64,000 nt of DNA, taken from an uncultured Mycoplasmatota bacterium. Lineage in GTDB: Bacteria > Bacillota_I > Bacilli_A > RF39 > UBA660. Shown piece by piece: positions 47,464 through 56,254 of the stretch (positions within the stretch are counted from its first letter, which is position 1; the number at the start of each line of letters is the position of its first letter). A program made the translations under genes and the position numbers. The notes beneath the pieces were generated by a model. It was given only the letters and a program-made list of their open reading frames with translations. It was not told the origin of the DNA and ran no database searches. The stretch lies in the NCBI GenBank assembly GCA_947302655.1, contig CAMYVW010000002.1, positions 169,537-233,536 of the forward strand, read 5' to 3'.

Positions 47464-49653
47464 ATGAAACATATATTTAAATTATTTAGACCTCTAATAA
47501 TATTTATAATTGTTGTTGTAGCACTTCTTTATGTTCAAGCAAGGCTTGAACTTAAGTTACCTGATTATACAGCAAATATTGTTAATACAGGTATACAACA
47601 AAATGGTATAGAAAAAGCTGTATATAAAGAAATATCTAAGAAGAGTTTTGATAGACTATTACTTTTTACTAATAATGATAAAAAGATTTTATCTAGTTAT
47701 TATTTAATCGAAAAGAGTAAAAATAATATTAAAAAATATCCTCTTTTAGAAACAGATGATATTTATAAGTTAAATAAAAATACTAACTATAATGATTTAG
47801 AAAAACTACTTAGTGATGCTATCTTTTTAAAAAATATTTTTGATAGCACTAATGGTAGTATGATATCTCAAACTCTATCATCTAATCAAAATATTAGTTT
47901 AGATGATGCATATAACATAATGTTTAATCTTGATGATAACAAATTAAATGAACTTATTGATATGATGAAGGGCTCAATAAAAGATGTTCCTGAAGGAATC
48001 ATAAGTCAAACAAATATACAAAGCATTTTTAATGAATATAAATTAATAGGTCTTAATACAAAAAGTAGACAACTTAACTATTTATATTCATCTGGATTTA
48101 AAATGCTTGTAATATCTTTTGTAGTAATGATTATTGCCATTACTGTTTCATTTTTATCTAGTAAAATAGGATCAAAGTTTAGTCATGATTTAAGAAAAAA
48201 ACTTGTATCAAAAATTATGAGTTTTTCTAATAAAGAGTATGAAGAGTTTTCAACTGCTTCACTTATTACTAGAACAACAAATGATGTTCAGCAAGTGCAA
48301 ATGTTTTTAATTGTTTTACTTAGAATTGTAATATTTGCGCCTATTTTAGGTTTAGGAGCTTTAAGTAAAGTATCAGGAAGTAGTTTATCATGGATTATTG
48401 GACTTGCAATATTAACTATGTTAGTTCTTATTATTACACTTTTTACAATAGCTTTCCCTAAGTTTAAACTTATACAAAAAGTAATTGATAAAGTTAATTT
48501 AGTTTCAAGAGAAATATTAACAGGTCTTCCCGTAATTAGAGCCTTTTCTAATGAAAAGTATGAAGAAAAGAGATTTGATAAAGCTAATAAAGATTTAACA
48601 AAGATTAATTTATTTGTTAATAAAATTATGGTATTTATGATGCCATTTATGGCATTTGTTATGAATGCTGTTGCTGTTATGATAGTTTGGTTTGGTGCTA
48701 AAAGTGTTAATGCAGGAAATCTTCAAGTTGGAGATTTAATGGCATTTATTACGTATTCAATGCAAATTATTATATCTTTCTTACTATTTTCTATGGTTTC
48801 AATTATTTTACCTAGAGCAATCGTATCTTTTAAAAGAATTGCTGAAGTATTAAATAAAGAATCTTCTATCTTGGATCCTGTTAACCCTAAAAAAATTAAA
48901 GATAGAACTAAACTAACCGTTAAATTTAATGATGTATCATTTATGTATCATGATGCTAAAGAAAATGTTATTGAAAATATAACTTTTGAAGCTAAACCTG
49001 GAACTGTAACTGCTATTATTGGATCAACTGGTTGTGGTAAATCCACTTTGGTTAATTTAATACCAAGATTTTTTGATGTTACTAATGGTTCAATTACAAT
49101 TAATGATATTGATATTAGAGATCTAACCCAAGAGGATTTAAGAAGAAATATCGGTTATGTTCCTCAAAAAGGATATTTATTTACTGGTGATATTTCATCT
49201 AATATAAAACTATCTAAGGAAAAAGTATCTGATGAAGATATGAAAAAAGCTGCTAAGATAGCTCAGGCCAGTGAATTTATTGAAAGAAAAACTAATAAGT
49301 ATCATGAAGCAATATCTGAAGGTGGTACTAATGTATCTGGTGGGCAAAAGCAAAGACTTGCTATTGCAAGAGCTCTTGCTTTTAATCCTAAAATATTAAT
49401 ATTTGATGATTCTTTTTCTGCAGTTGATTATAAAACTGATGCTAATTTAAGAAAAAGCATTAGAAAAAACATAAAAGATGCTACAACATTTATTGTTGCA
49501 CAACGAATAAGTACTATTTTAGACGCTGATCAAATTATTGTGCTTGATAATGGTAAAGTAGTGGGAAAAGGTACACATAGTGAACTTATGAAAACTTGTG
49601 ACGTATATAAGGAAATTGCCTTTTCTCAATTAAGTAAGGAGGAGTTGTCATGA
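47464..49653 (+). CDS. ABC exporter ATP-binding/permease subunit with large extracytoplasmic insertion (heterodimer partner 1)
   Basis: A TMD plus C-terminal NBD (Walker A GSTGCGKST, signature VSGGQKQR) are present. About 180 aa are inserted between TM1 and TM2. Confidence 0.85.
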   Translation: MKHIFKLFRPLIIFIIVVVALLYVQARLELKLPDYTANIVNTGIQQNGIEKAVYKEISKKSFDRLLLFTNNDKKILSSYYLIEKSKNNIKKYPLLETDDIYKLNKNTNYNDLEKLLSDAIFLKNIFDSTNGSMISQTLSSNQNISLDDAYNIMFNLDDNKLNELIDMMKGSIKDVPEGIISQTNIQSIFNEYKLIGLNTKSRQLNYLYSSGFKMLVISFVVMIIAITVSFLSSKIGSKFSHDLRKKLVSKIMSFSNKEYEEFSTASLITRTTNDVQQVQMFLIVLLRIVIFAPILGLGALSKVSGSSLSWIIGLAILTMLVLIITLFTIAFPKFKLIQKVIDKVNLVSREILTGLPVIRAFSNEKYEEKRFDKANKDLTKINLFVNKIMVFMMPFMAFVMNAVAVMIVWFGAKSVNAGNLQVGDLMAFITYSMQIIISFLLFSMVSIILPRAIVSFKRIAEVLNKESSILDPVNPKKIKDRTKLTVKFNDVSFMYHDAKENVIENITFEAKPGTVTAIIGSTGCGKSTLVNLIPRFFDVTNGSITINDIDIRDLTQEDLRRNIGYVPQKGYLFTGDISSNIKLSKEKVSDEDMKKAAKIAQASEFIERKTNKYHEAISEGGTNVSGGQKQRLAIARALAFNPKILIFDDSFSAVDYKTDANLRKSIRKNIKDATTFIVAQRISTILDADQIIVLDNGKVVGKGTHSELMKTCDVYKEIAFSQLSKEELS

Positions 49654-51440
49654 AAGGTAAAAAACCTAGTTTTGATAAAGCAACTAATCCTAAAAAAGCT
49701 GTAAAAGATTTACTTAATTTTATGAGGCCATACTATAAATTAATTTTAATAGTAATTTTATTTGCTGTTGGTTCAACTGTATTTGCAATAGTAGGTCCAA
49801 AAATTCTTGGTAATGCAACTACGGAAGTATTTACTGGTGTAGTAAATAAAATTAATGGAACAGGTGGAATTAATTTTAAAAAGATTGGTTCAATTTTAAC
49901 GTTTTTAATTATTTTATATGCTATTAGTTTAGTGTTTTCACTTCTAATGGGATTTATAATGAATCATGTTTCACAAAAGTGTGGATATGAACTAAGAAAA
50001 AAACTTATAGCAAAGATAAAAAAATTACCTATGAAGTATTTTGATGATACTACAACAGGAAATGTGCTTTCAATTATAACTAATGATGTAGATAATCTAA
50101 CTCAAAGTTTTAATCAAGTAGCAACCCAGTTAATAACATCGGTTGTATCTGTTATTGGAATAATAATTATGATGTTTTCTATAGATGTTGTTATGACACT
50201 TATTGCTCTTTTAATACTTCCTTTATGTTTAGGTGTAGTTGGTAAAATTACTAATAAAAGTCAAAAATACTTTAAGGCTCAACAAGATTATTTAGCTAAT
50301 GTTAATGGTAACATTGAAGAAATGTATGGAGCACAGTCAGTAGTTAAAGTATTTAATGCTCAAGATAAAATGATAAGTAATTTTTCAAAAAATAATGATG
50401 TTTTATATGAAGCATCTTGGAAAAGCCAATTCTTATCAGGTTTAATGCCACCAATTATGAATTTTATTGGAAATATTGGTTATGCTTTAATTGCTATCGT
50501 AGGTGGTTACTTTGCTATAATTGGAAGAATCACAGTTGGTAATATTCAATCATTTATTTCTTACGGAAGGCAGTATGTTAGACCACTTGGTGAAGTAGCT
50601 CAAATAGCTAATATGATTCAATCAATGATTGCATCTTCAGAAAGAATATTTAACTTTCTTCATGCTGAAGAAGAAGTTGATGATGGAACTTTAAAACTTC
50701 CAAATAACATTGTTGGAAATGTATCTTTTGAACATGTTAAGTTTGGTTATAAGAGTGATAAAGAAATCATTAAAGATTTTAATTTAGATGTTAAAAGTGG
50801 TCAGAAAATAGCAATTGTTGGTCCAACAGGAGCTGGTAAAACAACTTTAGTTAAATTATTAATGAGATTTTATGATCTTAATGGTGGATCTATAAAGATA
50901 GATGGTAAAGATATCACATCTTATAAAAGAAGTGATTTAAGAAGTATATTTGGTATGGTTTTACAAGATACTTGGCTTTTTAATGGAACCATTAAAGAAA
51001 ACTTAAGATATGGTAATTTAGATTCAACAGATGAAGAAATTATTCAAGCTTCAAAAGATGCTTATGTACATCACTTTATTCAAACACAACCTGATTCTTA
51101 TGATATGATTATTAATGAAGAAACTAATAATGTATCTGGTGGTCAAAAGCAACTTCTTACTATAGCAAGAGCAATACTAGCTAACCCTAAAATTTTAATT
51201 TTAGATGAAGCAACTAGTAGCGTTGATACAAGAACAGAGATATTAATTCAAAAAGCTATGGATAAGCTTATGGAAGGAAGAACAAGTTTTATAATTGCTC
51301 ATAGACTTTCAACTATTAAAAATGCTGATGTAATTTTAGTTGTTAATGATGGAGAAATTGTTGAAAAAGGTTCTCATGATGAATTAATAAAGAAGAATGG
51401 TTTTTATACTAATTTATATAATTCACAGTTTAGTAAGTAG
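49650..51440 (+). CDS. ABC exporter ATP-binding/permease subunit (heterodimer partner 2)
   Basis: Walker A GPTGAGKTT and signature VSGGQKQ are present. It is translationally coupled to the upstream subunit (ATGA). Confidence 0.9.
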   Translation: MKGKKPSFDKATNPKKAVKDLLNFMRPYYKLILIVILFAVGSTVFAIVGPKILGNATTEVFTGVVNKINGTGGINFKKIGSILTFLIILYAISLVFSLLMGFIMNHVSQKCGYELRKKLIAKIKKLPMKYFDDTTTGNVLSIITNDVDNLTQSFNQVATQLITSVVSVIGIIIMMFSIDVVMTLIALLILPLCLGVVGKITNKSQKYFKAQQDYLANVNGNIEEMYGAQSVVKVFNAQDKMISNFSKNNDVLYEASWKSQFLSGLMPPIMNFIGNIGYALIAIVGGYFAIIGRITVGNIQSFISYGRQYVRPLGEVAQIANMIQSMIASSERIFNFLHAEEEVDDGTLKLPNNIVGNVSFEHVKFGYKSDKEIIKDFNLDVKSGQKIAIVGPTGAGKTTLVKLLMRFYDLNGGSIKIDGKDITSYKRSDLRSIFGMVLQDTWLFNGTIKENLRYGNLDSTDEEIIQASKDAYVHHFIQTQPDSYDMIINEETNNVSGGQKQLLTIARAILANPKILILDEATSSVDTRTEILIQKAMDKLMEGRTSFIIAHRLSTIKNADVILVVNDGEIVEKGSHDELIKKNGFYTNLYNSQFSK

Positions 51441-51466
51441 TTTTTATAAAAAGGAGTATTGATATT

Positions 51467-52330
51467 ATGAAAAAGAATTTTATTTTATTTATTAAAGGAT
51501 TTATTATGGGAATAGCTAATATTATCCCTGGAGTTAGTGGAGGAACACTTGCAATAATTCTTGGTATATATGAAGAATTTATTGGAGCTTTAAGTCATTT
51601 ATTTTCTAATTTAAAAAAGAACTTAAAGTTTATTGTACCTATTGCAATTGGTATGTTAGTAAGTATTGCAACTATGAGTAATGTTATTGATTATTCATTT
51701 AATCATTTCCCACTTGCAACTAGTTTATTTTTTGTAGGTCTTGTTATTGGTGGAATTCCACTTTTAACAAGAAAAGTTAAAGGTAAAACTGATTCAAAAA
51801 TGATATTTAATATAATTGTATTTGCTTTAACATTTAGTTTAGTAATCTTTATGGCATGTGCAGAATTTATTTTTGATGGTGGACTTGCTGTTAGTTTTGC
51901 TCATATGACTTTACTAGGATTTATTCTTTTATTCTTAGTTGGTATTTTAGCTGCTGGTACAATGGTTATCCCTGGAGTTAGTGGATCACTAGTTTTAATG
52001 CTTGTTGGTTACTATAGACCAGTAATTAAAACAATTAAATCTTTAGTACATTTTGATAATGTAGCTCATAATGTAGTAATTATTTTAGTGTTTGGTCTAG
52101 GTATAGTATTTGGTATTGTTGCAATTGCAAAACTATTTGAATATCTCTTTAAAAAACATGAAACAATCACTTATTATGGTGTTCTTGGATTTATATATGC
52201 ATCAATTTTTGCAATTCCAATTAGTTTATTTGCAACAGAAGATGTTAAATTAATTCCTCCTGAAATTGTAGTAGGTGTATTTGTTTTAATTGCCGGTATA
52301 TTTGTTTCATATAAGTTAGGTGATAAATAA
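51467..52330 (+). CDS. DUF368-family membrane protein (PopT-like polyprenyl-phosphate transporter family)
   Basis: The two-repeat DUF368 signature IIPGVSGGTLAIILG ... VIPGVSGSLVLMLVG is present. Confidence 0.75.
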   Translation: MKKNFILFIKGFIMGIANIIPGVSGGTLAIILGIYEEFIGALSHLFSNLKKNLKFIVPIAIGMLVSIATMSNVIDYSFNHFPLATSLFFVGLVIGGIPLLTRKVKGKTDSKMIFNIIVFALTFSLVIFMACAEFIFDGGLAVSFAHMTLLGFILLFLVGILAAGTMVIPGVSGSLVLMLVGYYRPVIKTIKSLVHFDNVAHNVVIILVFGLGIVFGIVAIAKLFEYLFKKHETITYYGVLGFIYASIFAIPISLFATEDVKLIPPEIVVGVFVLIAGIFVSYKLGDK

Positions 52331-52332
52331 AA

Positions 52333-52359
52333 ACTCTTTTTAATAAAAGAGCTTTTTTC
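52333..52359 (+). terminator. Intrinsic terminator
   Basis: ctcttt-ttaata-aaagag is followed by cTTTTTT. Confidence 0.5.
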
Positions 52360-52421
52360 TTGCACTTTTTATGATTTATATATAAAATTAATATCGAAGT
52401 TTAGATATGTGGTGAAGTCAT

Positions 52422-53246
52422 ATGGAAAAATACGAAGAAGTTGAAAGAAGTATTATAAAAAAATTTCGTAAAGAAATTTGGTGTAAATTTACTAAAGCTG
52501 TCAGAGACTTTAAACTTATTAATGAAAATGACAAGTTAATGGTTTGTATGAGTGGTGGAAAAGATTCATTTTTACTTGCTAAATGTATTCAAGAATTAAA
52601 AAAACATGGTAAAGTTCATTTTGATGCCAAATTCGTTGTAATGAATCCTGGATATAAAAAAGAGAATAAGGATTTAATTATAAGTAATTCTAAATTATTA
52701 AATATTCCAATTGAGATGTTTGCAACTGATATATTTGATGTTGTATATAGTGTTCCATCAAAGGCACCTTGTTATTTATGTGCAAGGATGAGAAGAGGAC
52801 ATCTATATAACAAAGCTCAGGAACTTGGATGTAATAAAATCGTTTTAGGTCATCATTTTGATGATATTATTGAAACCACATTACTATCACTTTTTTATGG
52901 CGCTGAAATTAAAACAATGATGCCTAAACTGCATTCAGAAAATTTTGCAGGTTTAGAATTAATTAGACCTATGTGTTATATAAAAGAAGCTGATATTATT
53001 TCTTGGAGAAACTATAATGAACTTAAGTTTTTAAACTGTGCTTGTAAGTTTACGGAAAAATGTGAAATAGATGAAGAAGCAAGCAAAAGAAAAGAAATGA
53101 AAAAATTAATTTCAGAGCTTAGAAAGAAATCTCTAGAAATTGATCGTAATATTTTTAAAGCTATGGATAATGTTAATTTAGAATGTGTTCTTGGAACAAA
53201 AAAAGATGGGGAGTACAAATCATTTTTGGATGATTATGATAAATAA
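52422..53246 (+). CDS. ttcA: TtcA-family tRNA 2-thiocytidine biosynthesis PP-loop ATPase
   Basis: The PP-loop CMSGGKDS and Cys motifs CYLC and CxC are present. Confidence 0.75.
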   Translation: MEKYEEVERSIIKKFRKEIWCKFTKAVRDFKLINENDKLMVCMSGGKDSFLLAKCIQELKKHGKVHFDAKFVVMNPGYKKENKDLIISNSKLLNIPIEMFATDIFDVVYSVPSKAPCYLCARMRRGHLYNKAQELGCNKIVLGHHFDDIIETTLLSLFYGAEIKTMMPKLHSENFAGLELIRPMCYIKEADIISWRNYNELKFLNCACKFTEKCEIDEEASKRKEMKKLISELRKKSLEIDRNIFKAMDNVNLECVLGTKKDGEYKSFLDDYDK

Positions 53247-53273
53247 AATATCAACGATAGTTGATATTTTTTT
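53247..53273 (+). terminator. Intrinsic terminator after ttcA
   Basis: atatcaac-gata-gttgatat is followed by TTTTTT. Confidence 0.6.
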
Positions 53274-53350
53274 GTTAACTAAACCAAGAGTCGATTTACT
53301 TATTATTTATTTGTTTATATAATCAAATCATAAGGATAGGAGAAAAGATT

Positions 53351-54325
53351 ATGAACTATGAAAAAATAGGTGAGTTTATAGCTCTAAAAAGAAAGGAAAA
53401 GAATTTAACACAAAACGAACTTGCAAAAAAGCTTGGTGTAACTGACAAAGCTGTATCAAAATGGGAAAGAGGTTTAGGTTGTCCTGATGTATCTATTTTA
53501 GAAGTGTTAGCAAATGAACTTGATGTTTCTATTCTTGAACTTTTAAAAGGTAGAGAAATCGAAAACGAAGTGATTAAAGTTACTGAAGCTGATGATTATA
53601 TAAAAGAGACATTTAAGGTTTCTAAGGAAGTTACCAAGAGTAATATTTTAAATTTGTTTTCAAAGGTAATTTTTTCTTTAGTAGTGTTTATTTCTATAAT
53701 ATTTACCATTTTATCTTATTATAACTATTATAAGTCATCATCTGGTGAAGTAATTGATATTGATATGTTTTACATAGAAAAAAACGCTAAGGAACTTGAA
53801 CGTTTAAAAAATAACATTGAAATTTTAAAAGATAATAGAGGAATATTGACTAATGAAGAACAAATAAACATTATTCACGATTTAGAAGGCTTGGCTAAAT
53901 ATAGCGAGAATCACTTTGTATTAAAACTCGACAAAAAAGAAAAATATTCTACTAATGATATCATGGTTTATTACTTGGAAGATATTTCCTCAACTGATTT
54001 TCCAGGAGGAATTATAATGGATTTTAGGAATGCATTTATAAATCATGGTATGTATACTGATTACATTTCTTATGCTATTATTGCTAATATGTATAGAGAA
54101 CAGCTTGCATCAAATTCATTTATAAATTATTATCGAAATGAAAATCAACAATATCTTAGTCTTCAGTCAACCAATTCTCTAATACCGATAATTTCTTTTA
54201 GTTACAATCCGGATTATACTCTTTCATACGCGTGTGATGCGATGCTATCGGCAAAAACAGATAGATTAAAGTTATATAATTTATTAGTTGAAGATTTAAT
54301 AAAGGCAGGTGGTATAAATGAATAA
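53351..54325 (+). CDS. Membrane-anchored XRE-family HTH regulator with extracytoplasmic C-terminal domain (module copy 1)
   Basis: The HTH_3 segment LTQNELAKKLGVTDKAVSKWERG is followed by one TM helix and then about 190 aa outside the cell. An RBS AGGAGA precedes the start. Confidence 0.7.
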   Translation: MNYEKIGEFIALKRKEKNLTQNELAKKLGVTDKAVSKWERGLGCPDVSILEVLANELDVSILELLKGREIENEVIKVTEADDYIKETFKVSKEVTKSNILNLFSKVIFSLVVFISIIFTILSYYNYYKSSSGEVIDIDMFYIEKNAKELERLKNNIEILKDNRGILTNEEQINIIHDLEGLAKYSENHFVLKLDKKEKYSTNDIMVYYLEDISSTDFPGGIIMDFRNAFINHGMYTDYISYAIIANMYREQLASNSFINYYRNENQQYLSLQSTNSLIPIISFSYNPDYTLSYACDAMLSAKTDRLKLYNLLVEDLIKAGGINE

Positions 54326-54767
54326 GGTGTTTAAATATATAAGATATATATTGCTCATTATTTTAGTTATATTATTTTCAATATTTGTTTATAAGTTTTA
54401 TATTCAATATAAACCAAGCGAAACTGGAATTCAGTTTACTTTGAACATTGTTATAATGCTAATAGCTTTATTTTTACTATTTGTAATGAATATATTCGAT
54501 TTATTTTTCAAGAAGTTTAAAGTTATTAATTCTTTGAAGTACAATTTAGTTTCAATTATTGGCTTAGTACCTATAAACATAGTTTTCTTTAGAATACTTT
54601 TTGATAAGACGATTATTACAAATGTTAAATCAAATATAATAGCAAAAGAATTTCTTATAAAAGAGGGACATTCATTTATTGAATATAATTCTTATATAAT
54701 TATAATTATTATATTGCTACTTATTTTATATCGATTAATAAATACAAGAAAAAGCACTAAAATGTAG
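54318..54767 (+). CDS. Small polytopic membrane protein partnered with XRE regulator (module copy 1)
   Basis: It overlaps the regulator stop (ATGA). It has about 4 TM helices and shares a DKTIITNV motif with the copy-2 partner. Confidence 0.55.
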   Translation: MNKVFKYIRYILLIILVILFSIFVYKFYIQYKPSETGIQFTLNIVIMLIALFLLFVMNIFDLFFKKFKVINSLKYNLVSIIGLVPINIVFFRILFDKTIITNVKSNIIAKEFLIKEGHSFIEYNSYIIIIIILLLILYRLINTRKSTKM

Positions 54768-54777
54768 TGCTTTTTCT
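54752..54777 (+). terminator. Intrinsic terminator between the two XRE modules
   Basis: agcacta-aaatg-tagtgct is followed by TTTTT. Confidence 0.5.
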
Positions 54778-54778
54778 T

Positions 54779-54826
54779 TTGTAAATGAAGAATAGATTTA
54801 CAAATTTGTACTACTGTTTGTATAAT
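54779..54826 (+). promoter_or_regulatory. Promoter with overlapping inverted-repeat operator for XRE module copy 2
   Basis: TTGTAAAT...ATTTACAA is an 8-bp inverted repeat overlapping the -35 TTTACA. An 18-nt spacer and TATAAT follow. A similar TTTGTTTATATAATCAAA lies upstream of copy 1. Confidence 0.4.
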
Positions 54827-54851
54827 CAAAATATAAGATTGGAGGAAGTTT

Positions 54852-55784
54852 ATGAATTACGATAAAATAGGCGAATTCATATCGTTAAAAAGGAAAACAA
54901 AAAACTTAACACAAAATGATTTAGCAAAAAGGATTGGCGTGACAGATAAAGCCGTATCAAGATGGGAAAGAGGACTTGGGTGTCCGGATGTATCAATTTT
55001 AGAAGTTTTAGCAAATGAACTTGATGTATCTGTACTTGAACTATTAAAAGGAAGAGAAATTGAAAATGAAGTAATTAAGGTTACTGAAGCAGACGATTAT
55101 ATCAAAACGTCTTTACGAGAATCAAAAAACTTTTTTGCTAACAGGATAATAAGTATTATAAATAAAGTAATTGTTATTTTTGCAGTTATTATCTTTTTAA
55201 TTCTTTTGACTTTCAATATTAAACATTATTTAAATATGAATCAAAAAGCAGAACTATTTACATATATTTATTCCGATAATGATCCTACACCATATAAAGA
55301 CTTACTTGATGATTTAACGAATAAATATAATATTTTAAAAAACAGTAAAGGTAAACTTACAGAAGAGGAATATGAGCATTTGCTTTCATATCTGGAATCG
55401 AGAATACATTATTATTCTATTAATCCGTTTTATACTTTAGGAAATAAACAAAAACATATTAAACTTATTGATTTTTATAAAATGATTAAAAAGATTAAGA
55501 AGCTTGATCAGGTCGACACATATATATATTATGATTTATACAAAAAATATAGTGATAATAAAAGGAATGTTTATTTTGACGAACATTCACCATTTAAAGA
55601 ATTCGATACATTTATTGCCTATACATATGATTCAATTATATCTTTAAAACATTCTGATTATGGATGGGACATAAATAATTTTGATTATTATTTATGGGAT
55701 TTTGATGTATATATAAATAATTCAATCTATACTGATAATGCTATTATTCAAGATATTATGAAAGGAGCTGGATGTTATGAATAA
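54852..55784 (+). CDS. Membrane-anchored XRE-family HTH regulator (module copy 2)
   Basis: The first roughly 88 aa are nearly identical to copy 1 (about 80% nt identity with many synonymous changes). The C-terminal extracytoplasmic domain is divergent. Confidence 0.7.
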   Translation: MNYDKIGEFISLKRKTKNLTQNDLAKRIGVTDKAVSRWERGLGCPDVSILEVLANELDVSVLELLKGREIENEVIKVTEADDYIKTSLRESKNFFANRIISIINKVIVIFAVIIFLILLTFNIKHYLNMNQKAELFTYIYSDNDPTPYKDLLDDLTNKYNILKNSKGKLTEEEYEHLLSYLESRIHYYSINPFYTLGNKQKHIKLIDFYKMIKKIKKLDQVDTYIYYDLYKKYSDNKRNVYFDEHSPFKEFDTFIAYTYDSIISLKHSDYGWDINNFDYYLWDFDVYINNSIYTDNAIIQDIMKGAGCYE

Positions 55785-56208
55785 AATATTACAAACTTTT
55801 AAGTTTTGTTTATTTTTCTTAGTTGTTGTTTTTTTCATAAAAGCAAGTGATAAGTATAAATTATTTGATCTTTCTTGCCGTAATGAAGTTGACTTTATTT
55901 CAAAATTTGCAGTGATTCTTTTTGTAATAATTTTTATAATTAATATTGTAGATATTATAGTTAAAAAGTTTTCAACTAAAAAGATGTGGTATTTTGTTTT
56001 AGTATCAATAAGCTTAGTTTCAACATTACTAGTACTTCTTCGAAGTTTATATGATAAAACAATAATTACAAATATATATGCTAAACCTGATGCTTATAAA
56101 CTAGATTTTGGTATTAGATACATTAACTTTAGTTCTTATATCTTGGTTGCGCTTTATCTACTCAATATTGTATTTATACTTGTAAATCTTATTCATACTA
56201 GGGAGTAA
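55777..56208 (+). CDS. Small polytopic membrane protein partnered with XRE regulator (module copy 2)
   Basis: It overlaps the regulator stop (ATGA) and is paralogous to 54318-54767. Confidence 0.55.
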   Translation: MNKILQTFKFCLFFLVVVFFIKASDKYKLFDLSCRNEVDFISKFAVILFVIIFIINIVDIIVKKFSTKKMWYFVLVSISLVSTLLVLLRSLYDKTIITNIYAKPDAYKLDFGIRYINFSSYILVALYLLNIVFILVNLIHTRE

Positions 56209-56254
56209 TCCTTAGTTTTTTAATTTTTTTTTATATTAACTCATATACATTAAT

